64,000 nt of DNA from Nitrospira sp. (GTDB taxonomy: Bacteria; Nitrospirota; Nitrospiria; Nitrospirales; Nitrospiraceae), in assembly GCA_047150005.1 (NCBI GenBank), contig AP038806.1, positions 3,808,001 to 3,872,000 of the forward strand. The letters run 5' to 3'. Below, piece by piece: positions 9,734-18,561 of the stretch. The notes under the pieces were generated by a model. That model saw only the letters and a list, made by a program, of their open reading frames with translations. It had not been told where the DNA came from and searched no databases. The position numbers and the translations under genes were made by a program. Positions within the stretch are counted from its first letter, which is position 1; every line of letters begins with the position of its first letter.

Positions 9734-10687
9734 ATGTCGTACCGCTACAACACCGTCGACATCATCGTGGGTGTCGGCATGTGCGCGATTCTTTTCGGTG
9801 CCCTCCTGCTCTTCGGGGCTGCCAACGGCACCTATCAGGCAGCCGTTCCGCAGCCCATCTACGCGCAAGAAACCGTCGACAACCTGGACGGGATGACCTG
9901 GCTCCAGCCGGTTATCGGCCAGACCTTGGTCGACGAGGCCCTCTTCGAGCGCCGGACCAACCACCTCATCGCCCAGTCCGCCGTAGAATTGAACCGCGTG
10001 ACCCTCGCGGCGAATGACTTCGACGCCGGTGCTGGAGGCCCGTTTGGAGCGGTGATGCATCAGGCGGAGACGATGCCGGCGGACCACCAGGCCCGTGTCC
10101 AGGGCATCATGGGACGCGCGATCGTGAACGGCACGAAACGCGGAGTTCGAAACGGCCTGCTGTCGGCCGATCTGTACCTGTCGGACTACAACAACGGCAT
10201 GATTCGCACGATCGAGGCGAGAGGGCAACAGCTTGACGACGCATTTTCGTCCACATGGCAAGCGACCCTCGGACGAAGCATCGTGGAGGCCTTCCAACGT
10301 TACACAGAGCGAGCGGGCGCCATTCAGGAACGGATAGGCTCGGCGCTGGTCCATGTGGCACAGGGGCAATGGACATCGGAGGAAGGCAGGGCGGCGCTGG
10401 AGCCGCAACTGGGCAGCCTGGTGCTGGCAGCGGTTCGCACGGAGGCGCTGTCGAATCAGCTGCAACTGCTGGCCGCGATCCAGTTCTCTCCTGAAGAACC
10501 GGCCGTGGTCACGACCGAACCGGCTTCGTGGCCGGAGATTCCGGCCGGCTTCTTCGCCGCCGCCGGCATCGTATTGATGGCGGTGTTCTTTGGCGGGATC
10601 ACGCTCGCGGCCCGGCGACGGGATCGCATCGCCATGACCGAGATGCAGCACAATGCGGCCAAGTGGGTTTATCGACCGGCCGCGTAA
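9734..10687 (+). CDS. Hypothetical membrane protein (TM - helical domain - TM - tail ending YRPAA)
   Basis: AAGGAGGT RBS; two hydrophobic segments; 317 aa. Confidence 0.8.
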   Translation: MSYRYNTVDIIVGVGMCAILFGALLLFGAANGTYQAAVPQPIYAQETVDNLDGMTWLQPVIGQTLVDEALFERRTNHLIAQSAVELNRVTLAANDFDAGAGGPFGAVMHQAETMPADHQARVQGIMGRAIVNGTKRGVRNGLLSADLYLSDYNNGMIRTIEARGQQLDDAFSSTWQATLGRSIVEAFQRYTERAGAIQERIGSALVHVAQGQWTSEEGRAALEPQLGSLVLAAVRTEALSNQLQLLAAIQFSPEEPAVVTTEPASWPEIPAGFFAAAGIVLMAVFFGGITLAARRRDRIAMTEMQHNAAKWVYRPAA

Positions 10688-10735
10688 GCGTCGTGAGAAG
10701 AGGACTCGCGCGGCTGACGCGCGAGCAGGTGACCT

Positions 10736-10906
10736 ATGTCGCTGGTGTATTGGGGAATCGTGGCGGGTATCGTCTCGATGGTGGCGACGCTCTTCGTGAG
10801 CCTTGCCTTACTTGGTTCGAAGACGGGATCGTCCGACGGATCAACGCGGCTCGATGAGCCGCAAGAATCCATGCCTCAGGCGTCGAGCGGCCGTCGTGCG
10901 GCCTAG
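10736..10906 (+). CDS. Small single-pass membrane protein (56 aa, ends GRRAA); not in the ORF track
   Basis: Own translation: MSLVYWGIVAGIVSMVATLFVSLALLGSKTG...SSGRRAA*; AGGTG RBS. Confidence 0.7.
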   Translation: MSLVYWGIVAGIVSMVATLFVSLALLGSKTGSSDGSTRLDEPQESMPQASSGRRAA

Positions 10907-10971
10907 ATGACGCCGGACCAAGAGACGCTCGTTCTTGGCGCCATGGGTTCATGGCGCCGTGGAGGTGCCGT

Positions 10972-11139
10972 ATGGTCGAGATTATCGGTTTTGTCACGAT
11001 ATGTGCGCTCGTATGGCTGCAAGCCTGGTCGATGGCGCAGGAGAGCGACTCCGAGAAGAGGCGGACGCGCCTGTCTCACGAGGGCGATCGCTCGAGCGAG
11101 GCCACGCCGACGCGAACGAGGCCCAGACAAGCAGCCTGA
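10972..11139 (+). CDS. Small single-pass membrane protein (55 aa, ends PRQAA)
   Basis: GGAGGT RBS; MVEIIGFVTICALVWLQAWSMA followed by a charged tail. Confidence 0.7.
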   Translation: MVEIIGFVTICALVWLQAWSMAQESDSEKRRTRLSHEGDRSSEATPTRTRPRQAA

Positions 11140-11229
11140 CATCGGAAGCTTGTCTCCGTCAGGCCTTTGGTCTGTGTAGATGGCCCTTGAAGAGGGAAAG
11201 GGGAGGGGGTCTCAGAGGGAGAGTCTTGC

Positions 11230-12510
11230 TCAGGTGACGAGCCGGGGTTGCGCGACCCCCGCAATGACGTCCTCGGTGATTTCGACGGATTTGACGCCTC
11301 CCATGGCCGGCACCTCGTACATGAGGTCGAGCATGACCTCTTCGAGAATCGTGCGCAGCGCCCGCGCGCCGGTCTTCATGAGCGCCGCACGCCGGGCGAC
11401 CGCCCTGACGGCGGCTTCGCTGAATTTCAGGTCGACGCCCTCAATCTCGAAGAGGGCCTGATATTGTTTCACCAGCGCGTTGCGAGGCTCGGTGAGGACA
11501 CGGATCAGCGCCGGTACATCGAGATCCGCCAGAGTGGTGAGGACGGGGAATCGCCCGACGAACTCGGGGATGAGCCCGAATTTCAACAGGTCTTCCGATT
11601 CCACACGGCCAAGCAGTTCGGTATGGCCGTCGATGCCGACGGACGGATCGTGCATCTCGAAGCCCAACCGTTTCGGCATGGTCCGGTCGGCGATAATGCG
11701 ATCCAACCCGACGAATGCCCCGCCCGCGATGAACAGGATGTTCGTGGTATCCACCCGGATGAACTCCTGCTCCGGATGTTTGCGCCCGCCCTTCTGCGGC
11801 ACATTGCAGCTGGTGCCCTCCACCAGCTTGAGGAGCGCCTGCTGGACACCCTCGCCGGAGACGTCCCGGGTCAATGAGGGGCTCTCGGACTTGCGGCTGA
11901 TCTTGTCGATTTCGTCGATATAGATGATCCCGGTTTCGGCCTGCGGGACGTCGTAGTCGCAGTTCTGGAGCAACTTCAGCACGACATTTTCGACATCCTC
12001 GCCTACATAGCCGGCCTCGGTCAGAGTCGTGGCATCCGCGATCGCGAAGGGCACGTGAATGATGCGCGCCAACGTCTGCGACAAGAGCGTCTTCCCGGTT
12101 CCGGTCGATCCGATCATTAAGATATTGCCCTTTTGGAGTCCGACGTCTTTGAGTCGGTCCCGATTCACGATGCGCTTGTAGTGGTTGTGGACCGCGACCG
12201 CCAGCACTTTCTTCGCACGTTCCTGCCCGATCACGAACTCGTCGAGCGTCGCCTTGATGTCGGTGGGCTTGGGAATGACCGAGGGAAGCGATGAAGAGCG
12301 GGCACCGGCCCCCTGGCCCTCTTTGCTCAAGGAGCCGGCGCAGCGCTTCAGACATTCCTCACAGATCAACAGGGTGGAGGTTCTCTTGCAGGACTGACAA
12401 CGGTGATCGACCGGGCTCGCAATGAGATTGCGAACCGCACTCTCGCTTTTCTCGCAGAACGAACAGACACGCTCGGGCATTTGCGAAGGATGCGCCTTAT
12501 CCCAAAACAC
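11230..12510 (-). CDS. clpX: ATP-dependent Clp protease ATPase subunit ClpX (no adjacent clpP)
   Basis: Zn-binding CSFC...CEEC, Walker [13 protein letters not shown] pore loop, [21 protein letters not shown] loop, LGF ClpP-docking loop; start GTG 12510 or ATG 12480. Confidence 0.93.
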   Translation of the reverse strand: MFWDKAHPSQMPERVCSFCEKSESAVRNLIASPVDHRCQSCKRTSTLLICEECLKRCAGSLSKEGQGAGARSSSLPSVIPKPTDIKATLDEFVIGQERAKKVLAVAVHNHYKRIVNRDRLKDVGLQKGNILMIGSTGTGKTLLSQTLARIIHVPFAIADATTLTEAGYVGEDVENVVLKLLQNCDYDVPQAETGIIYIDEIDKISRKSESPSLTRDVSGEGVQQALLKLVEGTSCNVPQKGGRKHPEQEFIRVDTTNILFIAGGAFVGLDRIIADRTMPKRLGFEMHDPSVGIDGHTELLGRVESEDLLKFGLIPEFVGRFPVLTTLADLDVPALIRVLTEPRNALVKQYQALFEIEGVDLKFSEAAVRAVARRAALMKTGARALRTILEEVMLDLMYEVPAMGGVKSVEITEDVIAGVAQPRLVT

Positions 12511-12810
12511 GCCTGCTCCCCCCTGGTGCCTGAGACCAGCGAACACATCACCAGCCTCCCTACGTCTCACACGGCCTGTGGTCCGTGACGAGGACGTCGG
12601 ACGCTGGAACCGATCTTAAGAAATGCCTGGGGTGGGGAGACCCGCACGAGATCGAGGATGTTGGGCTACCGGTCGGTCGTCCCTACACGGGAACGTGTGG
12701 CCGTTTGAAATATGGCCGGCGTGACCGACGTGAGACCCGCCTCTAGCTCGGCGGGCCATTCAGGTCCGGTGGACTGAGGTCTTCCATGAGCGACCTCCTT
12801 CGCTGCCATT

Positions 12811-12839
12811 CTCATACGCCTCGGCCACACTCTTGTCAA
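12811..12839 (-). promoter_or_regulatory. Putative sigma70 promoter for the clpX leader
   Basis: Minus strand TTGACA-17 bp-TATGAG. Confidence 0.4.
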
Positions 12840-13041
12840 CGGCCCTGTCAGCCCGCTCCTCCGTACTGGCCTTGCATCTTATTTGCCTGACCTACATCTC
12901 TTGGGCTTGACTCCCGTCCCCATTGCGCCCATCGTACTGGCAATGCTGTCCGGTGTGAAGCGACGCCGACTGCCCTATCTTTCGCGCTTTACGGTTCTCT
13001 CAGCGCAACCGATTCTCCAGCCTCCGCCGCTCTCACACTAA

Positions 13042-13145
13042 GAGGTTCTTGCGTGCACCCTGCTGCTGGACAGACCGGCGCCGGGACGATGAGTCAGCCC
13101 TCTGGATCAGCACAGGGCTCTCTGACGGCGGCGACGCAAGACCTC
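13042..13145. other. Long imperfect intergenic hairpin (candidate structured RNA)
   Basis: gaggttcttgcgt/acgcaagacctc outer stem; ccctg-ctgctg/cagcacaggg and caga/tctg inner stems. Confidence 0.4.
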
Positions 13146-13290
13146 CCACAATGAGCCTGTCACCAGGAGGTGCACGATGGTGGTGAGGGAACCCGTTTCC
13201 TATTTGGGCACGCCGACTCGATCGGTGAGCGCGGCCGGAGTCAGTTCGACCTCGTCCTGCTCCATCCTACAGCCAAACAGGAGGTTCACC

Positions 13291-14004
13291 ATGATACGTC
13301 GAAGCGTTGTCATCGCGTGCGGAAGTCTTGTCTTGCTCTTCGGATTGACTCCCGCTTCATCGAACGCCCAAACCACCGCCGCTCCGCCGCCGACGGAACG
13401 ACAAGGGATCCCAGACCAACCGTCGATGGCGCCATCGACGGCTCCATCGGATCGTCCAGAGATGGCGACGACGAGCGACCGCACATCCTACGATCGCCGG
13501 CTGTCCGAAGCCGTCACCCATGCGCGAAAGGCCGAGCTCGCCGGTAACGAAGGGAACATACCTGAGATGCTGCGCCACACGAAAGCGTCGTTGGAACAAG
13601 CCACCGCGGCGCAACAGGCAGGGACGAATGCCGACCTGGACCAGGGGATCACGGAACTGAAACACACGTTGGATGTCGGAAAGCGTGATCAGATTGCGCC
13701 TTCCTCGACCAAAGAGGCTCGGATCAGACTGGCCCAGGCGGCGAGCATCCAGCCGGTGAGTACAGCCGGCGCGAAAGGTTCCCGAATCCTGACAGGGGAA
13801 TTGCGACGCAGCACCACCGTCTCGACCTTTCCGGAACAGGATGCCTATGTGGTCAGAGATCCTCAGACTGGCGCCGACACGCCGGTGTTTATGACCCCGG
13901 AGATGAGCCGTCAGGTAAAAGAGGGGGAGATGGTGCAGACGCAGATTGACTCGCAAGGTCGCGTGGTCGCGATTTCTCCGAAATCTCCCCAATCTCCAAA
14001 ATAA
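13291..14004 (+). CDS. Exported protein: SmbP-like helical domain plus small beta-barrel domain
   Basis: Signal peptide after AGGAGG RBS; EAVTHARKAELAG...LRHTKASLE...LDQGITEL resembles small metal-binding protein; alternative in-frame start at 13177. Confidence 0.65.
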   Translation: MIRRSVVIACGSLVLLFGLTPASSNAQTTAAPPPTERQGIPDQPSMAPSTAPSDRPEMATTSDRTSYDRRLSEAVTHARKAELAGNEGNIPEMLRHTKASLEQATAAQQAGTNADLDQGITELKHTLDVGKRDQIAPSSTKEARIRLAQAASIQPVSTAGAKGSRILTGELRRSTTVSTFPEQDAYVVRDPQTGADTPVFMTPEMSRQVKEGEMVQTQIDSQGRVVAISPKSPQSPK

Positions 14005-14016
14005 GGGGGAGCCCAA

Positions 14017-14048
14017 CAGAGGGGGTGGATCGCGCTCCACCTCCTCTG
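14017..14048. terminator. Hairpin between convergent genes
   Basis: cagagggggtgga / tccacctcctctg. Confidence 0.45.
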
Positions 14049-14078
14049 CTTCCACATCATGGGCGACGGGAAGGAACG

Positions 14079-14966
14079 CTACGCCACCCCGTGTCGCTCG
14101 AACCAATCCTGTAGCCGCATCCACCCGTCTTCTGCTGCGTCCTTTCTGTAACTCGGCCGATAGTCCGCGTAGAAGGCATGCGGGGCGTTCGGATAGACCA
14201 CGAACTCCGACGTGCCGCCGGCTGCCTGAAGCGTCCTCTTCATCTGTTCGACCTGATCGACCGGAATGCCTTTATCCTCTGCCCCATAGAGACCCAGCAC
14301 CGGGGATTTGAGCATCGACGCCACATCGATCGGGTGCTTTGGTTGCAGCGCGGTCGGATTGCCGATCAGTCGTCCGTACCAGGCCACGCCGGCCTTGAGA
14401 CGCGGATTGTGGGCCGCATAGAGCCAAACGATCCGTCCGCCCCAGCAAAATCCCGTGATGCCGAGTCGCTCGATGTCGCCTTCCCCCGATTCTTTGGCCC
14501 AGGCCACAGCGGCATCCAGATCGGACAGCACCTGAGCATCGGGTACTTGCGAGACCACCGTGGAGCGGATCTCGTCGATCTCGGTCATCTTGGAAACATC
14601 GCCCTGTCGTGCAAAGAGCTCAGGCGCGATGGCCACATAGCCCAGCTTGGCGAACCGGCGACACACGTCCTTGATGTGCTCATGAATCCCGAAAATCTCC
14701 TGAACCACCAAGACAACCGAGAGCGCCGGCCCGTTGTCCGGCCTGGCCCGATAAGCCGGGATGTGACCATCATGAGTGGGAATCCGGATCTCGCCGGCTG
14801 TCAGTCCCGCTTCATCCGTCGTGATGGTCGCAGCACAAATCGGACGCACAGCCAAGGCGAACCCGGCGGCGAGCGTGGCGGTGACAAAGCGACGTCGCGT
14901 CATAATCGCCGGAAACATTGCGGGTTCCGAGGGCTTCGCCATCTGATCACGACCTGCCATAGTCAT
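14079..14966 (-). CDS. Dienelactone hydrolase family protein (possible Tat signal)
   Basis: TRRRF, QEIFG, GFCWGG nucleophile, [11 protein letters not shown]. Confidence 0.92.
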   Translation of the reverse strand: MTMAGRDQMAKPSEPAMFPAIMTRRRFVTATLAAGFALAVRPICAATITTDEAGLTAGEIRIPTHDGHIPAYRARPDNGPALSVVLVVQEIFGIHEHIKDVCRRFAKLGYVAIAPELFARQGDVSKMTEIDEIRSTVVSQVPDAQVLSDLDAAVAWAKESGEGDIERLGITGFCWGGRIVWLYAAHNPRLKAGVAWYGRLIGNPTALQPKHPIDVASMLKSPVLGLYGAEDKGIPVDQVEQMKRTLQAAGGTSEFVVYPNAPHAFYADYRPSYRKDAAEDGWMRLQDWFERHGVA

Positions 14967-15191
14967 TCCTCCGGCGTGACGATAGCACTTGCCTCGACGG
15001 CAGAGCAACGAAGGATCGGAGTACAGATCGTCGCGTAGCCAGGGCCCGGGTGTTCCGTGACCAGAGATGTTCCTAGTGCCCGACTCCTACAGGCGGTGTG
15101 TCACACTCAGCAGCCATCCATACGTGTGCAATCCATACGTGTGATGGGGTGCCACGAATCTTTTCCTTCGGAAAGCCCTCTAATACAGTCC

Positions 15192-15206
15192 TGGCACTCA
15201 AGCTGC
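15192..15206 (+). promoter_or_regulatory. Putative sigma54 (-24/-12) promoter
   Basis: TGGCAC-TCAAG-CTGC (GG-N10-GC) about 50 bp upstream of 15255. Confidence 0.4.
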
Positions 15207-15254
15207 GCCAGGAGTATTGATAACAACCAGGTGGGCAGATGCGAGGAGGATACC

Positions 15255-15617
15255 ATGGCTGGCGTCAAATCCATCCGTGCCGCTGTCACCACGATCAGCC
15301 TCAGCGTTGCGAGCCTGTTGTGCTCTGCGCCGATGACCGAAGCCCAAGCACGATCGGGCTCGTCATCTCCACGAACTGTGACGGGCCAGGTTTCAGCAGT
15401 CGAGGGAAGTTTCCATATGGCGAAGGATGCTCGGGGGGAAGACATCCTCAAATTCGTCGACAAGGCCTATACCATCACGACCCCCACAGGCCAGGAGATT
15501 CACTTGAAGCTCACTCGCGAGACTAAGGTCCCCGCGCGAGCGAATCCCGGCGACCGAGTGGAGGCCATGATCTCGGAGAACGGCCAAGCGCTGTCGGTCA
15601 AGCTGATCGAGCCATAA
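15255..15617 (+). CDS. Hypothetical exported small beta-barrel protein
   Basis: GAGGAGG RBS, signal peptide; similar to the C-terminal domain of 13291..14004. Confidence 0.75.
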   Translation: MAGVKSIRAAVTTISLSVASLLCSAPMTEAQARSGSSSPRTVTGQVSAVEGSFHMAKDARGEDILKFVDKAYTITTPTGQEIHLKLTRETKVPARANPGDRVEAMISENGQALSVKLIEP

Positions 15618-15821
15618 ACGGTTGTCTCCGGCATCCGTGCTTCCTCCATCGAACACGTGCGAGCCCACCAAGCCGTCGCCGTGAGAGGAACCGTGCATAC
15701 TCCGCTCGCGCATCCCAGGCCTGCAGGGACGATGAAGGACGGACGTCGCGCGTGCTACCCAATCCGCATACGTACCCGCCTCATAATGAACCATCGCGAG
15801 CGATTCACAGAGAGACGAGCC

Positions 15822-16139
15822 ATGAGACAGCCTATCGCGTTGATCGGTACGATCCTCATGCTTCTCACGTGTTCAACCGGATGTCCCTTGACGCTGGAGC
15901 AGCGATGGGAAGCCTTCGATGCGGACCGACGACAAGAAATCGGCGTCAAGACAAAGGACTATTTTCTGAAAGAGTGGGGGAAACCGGCGAAGCGGGACAC
16001 AACCGCCAATGGAGAAAGCGTGTGGACCTGGGAGTTCCGCGGATACGGCGGCGCACAAGGCTGGCGCAAGACGCTGATCTTTACACCGGAGGGAGTCCTG
16101 AAAGATTTTAGCCGAGACTACTGGCCGAAGGACGGGTAG
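15822..16139 (+). CDS. Hypothetical lipoprotein (possibly BamE/SmpA-like fold)
   Basis: Hydrophobic N-terminus ending TGC; WGKP...WTW...LIFTPEGVL pattern. Confidence 0.7.
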   Translation: MRQPIALIGTILMLLTCSTGCPLTLEQRWEAFDADRRQEIGVKTKDYFLKEWGKPAKRDTTANGESVWTWEFRGYGGAQGWRKTLIFTPEGVLKDFSRDYWPKDG

Positions 16140-16203
16140 GGGTGCCCTCGCGATGGCGAGCATGACCGGAGGAGCGAGGTATCCGACGAAGCTCCCGTTT
16201 CAC

Positions 16204-16755
16204 TCACTCCTCAAACACCCTCCGATAACTCTCGCGCACCGACAGCTCCTTATTGTCGTGGGCGATCCGTTGCCACGCATCGCCTGCGCCGACCTCACCT
16301 TCCTCGATGACGGCCAGATAAAAGCCACAAAGACCGCTCGCATGAAAGCGCTTCGGCATATCCGGGCGCCGAAATCGCAACCCGAGTTTGTAGCAGGGGA
16401 GGCGCGGCTGAGTCACTTCGACCACCGCGCCGCCGATCCTGAACCGGTCGCCGATATGCACGGACTGCTCGTCCAGCCCCTCGCTGGTAAAGTTCTCTCC
16501 GAAGCTGCCGTACGGCAGCTTCTCGCCCGGCAGTTCCTTCCGCCAGAAGGCATAGTGCTCGGATGGGTAGACGTAGACCGCCTTATCCCGGCCGCCATGC
16601 ACGGCGAGATCGGCCTGCTGGTCGCCGTCGAGGTTGAAGCGCCGCAACATGATGCGGCTGTCGACCGGCTCTTTGTAGATGCCGGTGGCGATCGCTCTTC
16701 CGCGCCATCGCAGCGTGCGCGGAAGTCCGACTTGCACCGATAGGAGCTTCATCAC
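16204..16755 (-). CDS. MOSC domain protein (YiiM-like)
   Basis: GDQQADLAVHGGRDKAV, FGENFT, QPRLPCYKL. Confidence 0.92.
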   Translation of the reverse strand: MMKLLSVQVGLPRTLRWRGRAIATGIYKEPVDSRIMLRRFNLDGDQQADLAVHGGRDKAVYVYPSEHYAFWRKELPGEKLPYGSFGENFTSEGLDEQSVHIGDRFRIGGAVVEVTQPRLPCYKLGLRFRRPDMPKRFHASGLCGFYLAVIEEGEVGAGDAWQRIAHDNKELSVRESYRRVFEE

Positions 16756-16795
16756 AGACCTCCTTCGTCTTGTCTCTGCTTCCCATCGCCGGGCC

Positions 16796-17683
16796 TTACG
16801 CTCCGACGACGGTCGGTTCCAGTGACCTCAAGAAGGCCACGATCCGCTCTCCGATCTCCCTCCCGTGCGTTTCGAGAGCGAAATGCCCGGTATCGAAGAA
16901 TTCCACCCGGGCATTGGGATTGTCCCGTTGAAAAGCCCTCGCCCCGGCCGGAAGGAATAACGGGTCGGCATTGCCCCACACCGCCAACGTCGGCGGACGG
17001 TGAGTGCGGAAGTACCGTTGGAACTGGGGATACAGGTTCACGTTGCTCGCATAGTCGAGAAAGAGGTCCAACTGGATCTCGGCATTGCCCGGGCGCGCCA
17101 ACAGGGCTGAATCGAGGGCATAGGACTCCGGGGCCACACGTGCTGCGTCGGCGCCATGCGTGTATTGCCACTTGGTGGCCTCCGGCTCAAGAAAAGCTTT
17201 GAGCGCGGCGCGGTTTTCCGGCGAGGGATCGGCCCAATATTTCTGGATCGGATTCCAGCCGGTGCTGAGGCCTTCCTCGTAGGCATTGCCGTTCTGCGAC
17301 ACGATCGCCGTCATCCGCTCCGGATGCCGAAGCGCAAGGCGGAACCCAACCGGGGCGCCGTAGTCGAAGACATAGACGGCGTAACGGTTCAAGCCGACCG
17401 CTTCCGTGAACCGTTCCATCACCTCGGCAAGCCGCTCGAAACTGTACCGGAAGTGAGTTGGGCTTGGGGCATCGGAAAATCCGAACCCCGGCAAGTCGGG
17501 AGCCACGACGTGGAAATGCGGCGCGAGCAGGGGAATCAGGTTCCGGAACATGTGCGACGAGGTCGGGAACCCATGCAAGAGCAGGACGGCCGAGGCTGAC
17601 GGGTCGCCTGCTTCTCGATAGAAGATATGGAGCCCGTCCACATCTTGCGTGCGGTAGTGAATGGTGGAGTGATCAGCGGTCAT
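16796..17683 (-). CDS. Alpha/beta hydrolase (epoxide hydrolase/dehalogenase-like)
   Basis: LLHGFPTSS, DLPGFGFS, FDYGAP, GHFALE. Confidence 0.92.
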   Translation of the reverse strand: MTADHSTIHYRTQDVDGLHIFYREAGDPSASAVLLLHGFPTSSHMFRNLIPLLAPHFHVVAPDLPGFGFSDAPSPTHFRYSFERLAEVMERFTEAVGLNRYAVYVFDYGAPVGFRLALRHPERMTAIVSQNGNAYEEGLSTGWNPIQKYWADPSPENRAALKAFLEPEATKWQYTHGADAARVAPESYALDSALLARPGNAEIQLDLFLDYASNVNLYPQFQRYFRTHRPPTLAVWGNADPLFLPAGARAFQRDNPNARVEFFDTGHFALETHGREIGERIVAFLRSLEPTVVGA

Positions 17684-17762
17684 GGCTGCCTCCTTATGAG
17701 AAGCGCCGGTATTGGACCGGCATGAGTGCTGGGATACAGGTTTCTTGCTCGCGCCGTCGGTC

Positions 17763-17816
17763 TAACTATCTAATACTTATATTGACGGTTATATTACTTT
17801 TAGGATAACCTGTCAA
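17763..17816. promoter_or_regulatory. Divergent promoter/operator
   Basis: AT-rich island; inverted repeat ttgac-ggttat...ataacc-t-gtcaa; minus strand TTGACA-17-TATAAC. Confidence 0.6.
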
Positions 17817-17818
17817 CT

Positions 17819-18436
17819 ATGTCTTTACTGGTCAGTCCCATTCGGTTTCTTTTCCTCGGCAACCATCCCTGCCTAGACTTCATCAACACCCAGATCGTAT
17901 TGGAGGGTCAGCCCGTCGATCTGTTGAACTCTTTTTCCGATCTGATCCGCTGGCTTGCGCAGGCGAAGCTGCTCACCGAAGATCCGAAACAGATCGAGCG
18001 GCAATGGGCCGGAGGGACCAAGGGGAAGCGCCTCCTCGACCAAGCGCAGGCCTTTCGCGCCGTGCTACGGAAGATGGTTAAACGGATCGCCTCCGGCAAG
18101 CGCGTTCCTCAGGAAGCGGTGGAGGCCATCAACGCACAATTACAGTCCCGTGTCGCCTATCCTCAAGTGATCAGCCACAAAGGACGGTTCGAGCGGGTCT
18201 TTCGAGCCGAATCCCAAGACCACCGCCGGTTGATCGGGTTGCTCGCGGAGACCGCGAGCGACTTGCTCTGCACCTGCGATCTCGCTCTGATCAAGAAATG
18301 CCGGAATCCGGCCTGCGTCCTCTTTTTTTACGATACGACCAAGAATCACGCACGGCACTGGTGCAGCATGAGTCTCTGCGGCAACCGCAGCAAGGTGGCC
18401 GCCCACTATCGGAGACATCGGCGGACCAAGGCCTGA
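17819..18436 (+). CDS. ABATE/CGNR zinc-finger protein (putative regulator)
   Basis: LDFINT; C-x4-C...F.D.TKN..RHWCSMSLCGNRSKV. Confidence 0.93.
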   Translation: MSLLVSPIRFLFLGNHPCLDFINTQIVLEGQPVDLLNSFSDLIRWLAQAKLLTEDPKQIERQWAGGTKGKRLLDQAQAFRAVLRKMVKRIASGKRVPQEAVEAINAQLQSRVAYPQVISHKGRFERVFRAESQDHRRLIGLLAETASDLLCTCDLALIKKCRNPACVLFFYDTTKNHARHWCSMSLCGNRSKVAAHYRRHRRTKA

Positions 18437-18561
18437 ACCGATAGCATCCGACTCTTCCACGCGGCTCCACTCACAGGAGATGCGTCGCTCACTAGGCTTC
18501 CAAACTATATGGGTTTGCGATAAGCTGCCCGCCTCGGCAACATGCAGGAGGCACTATTTCT

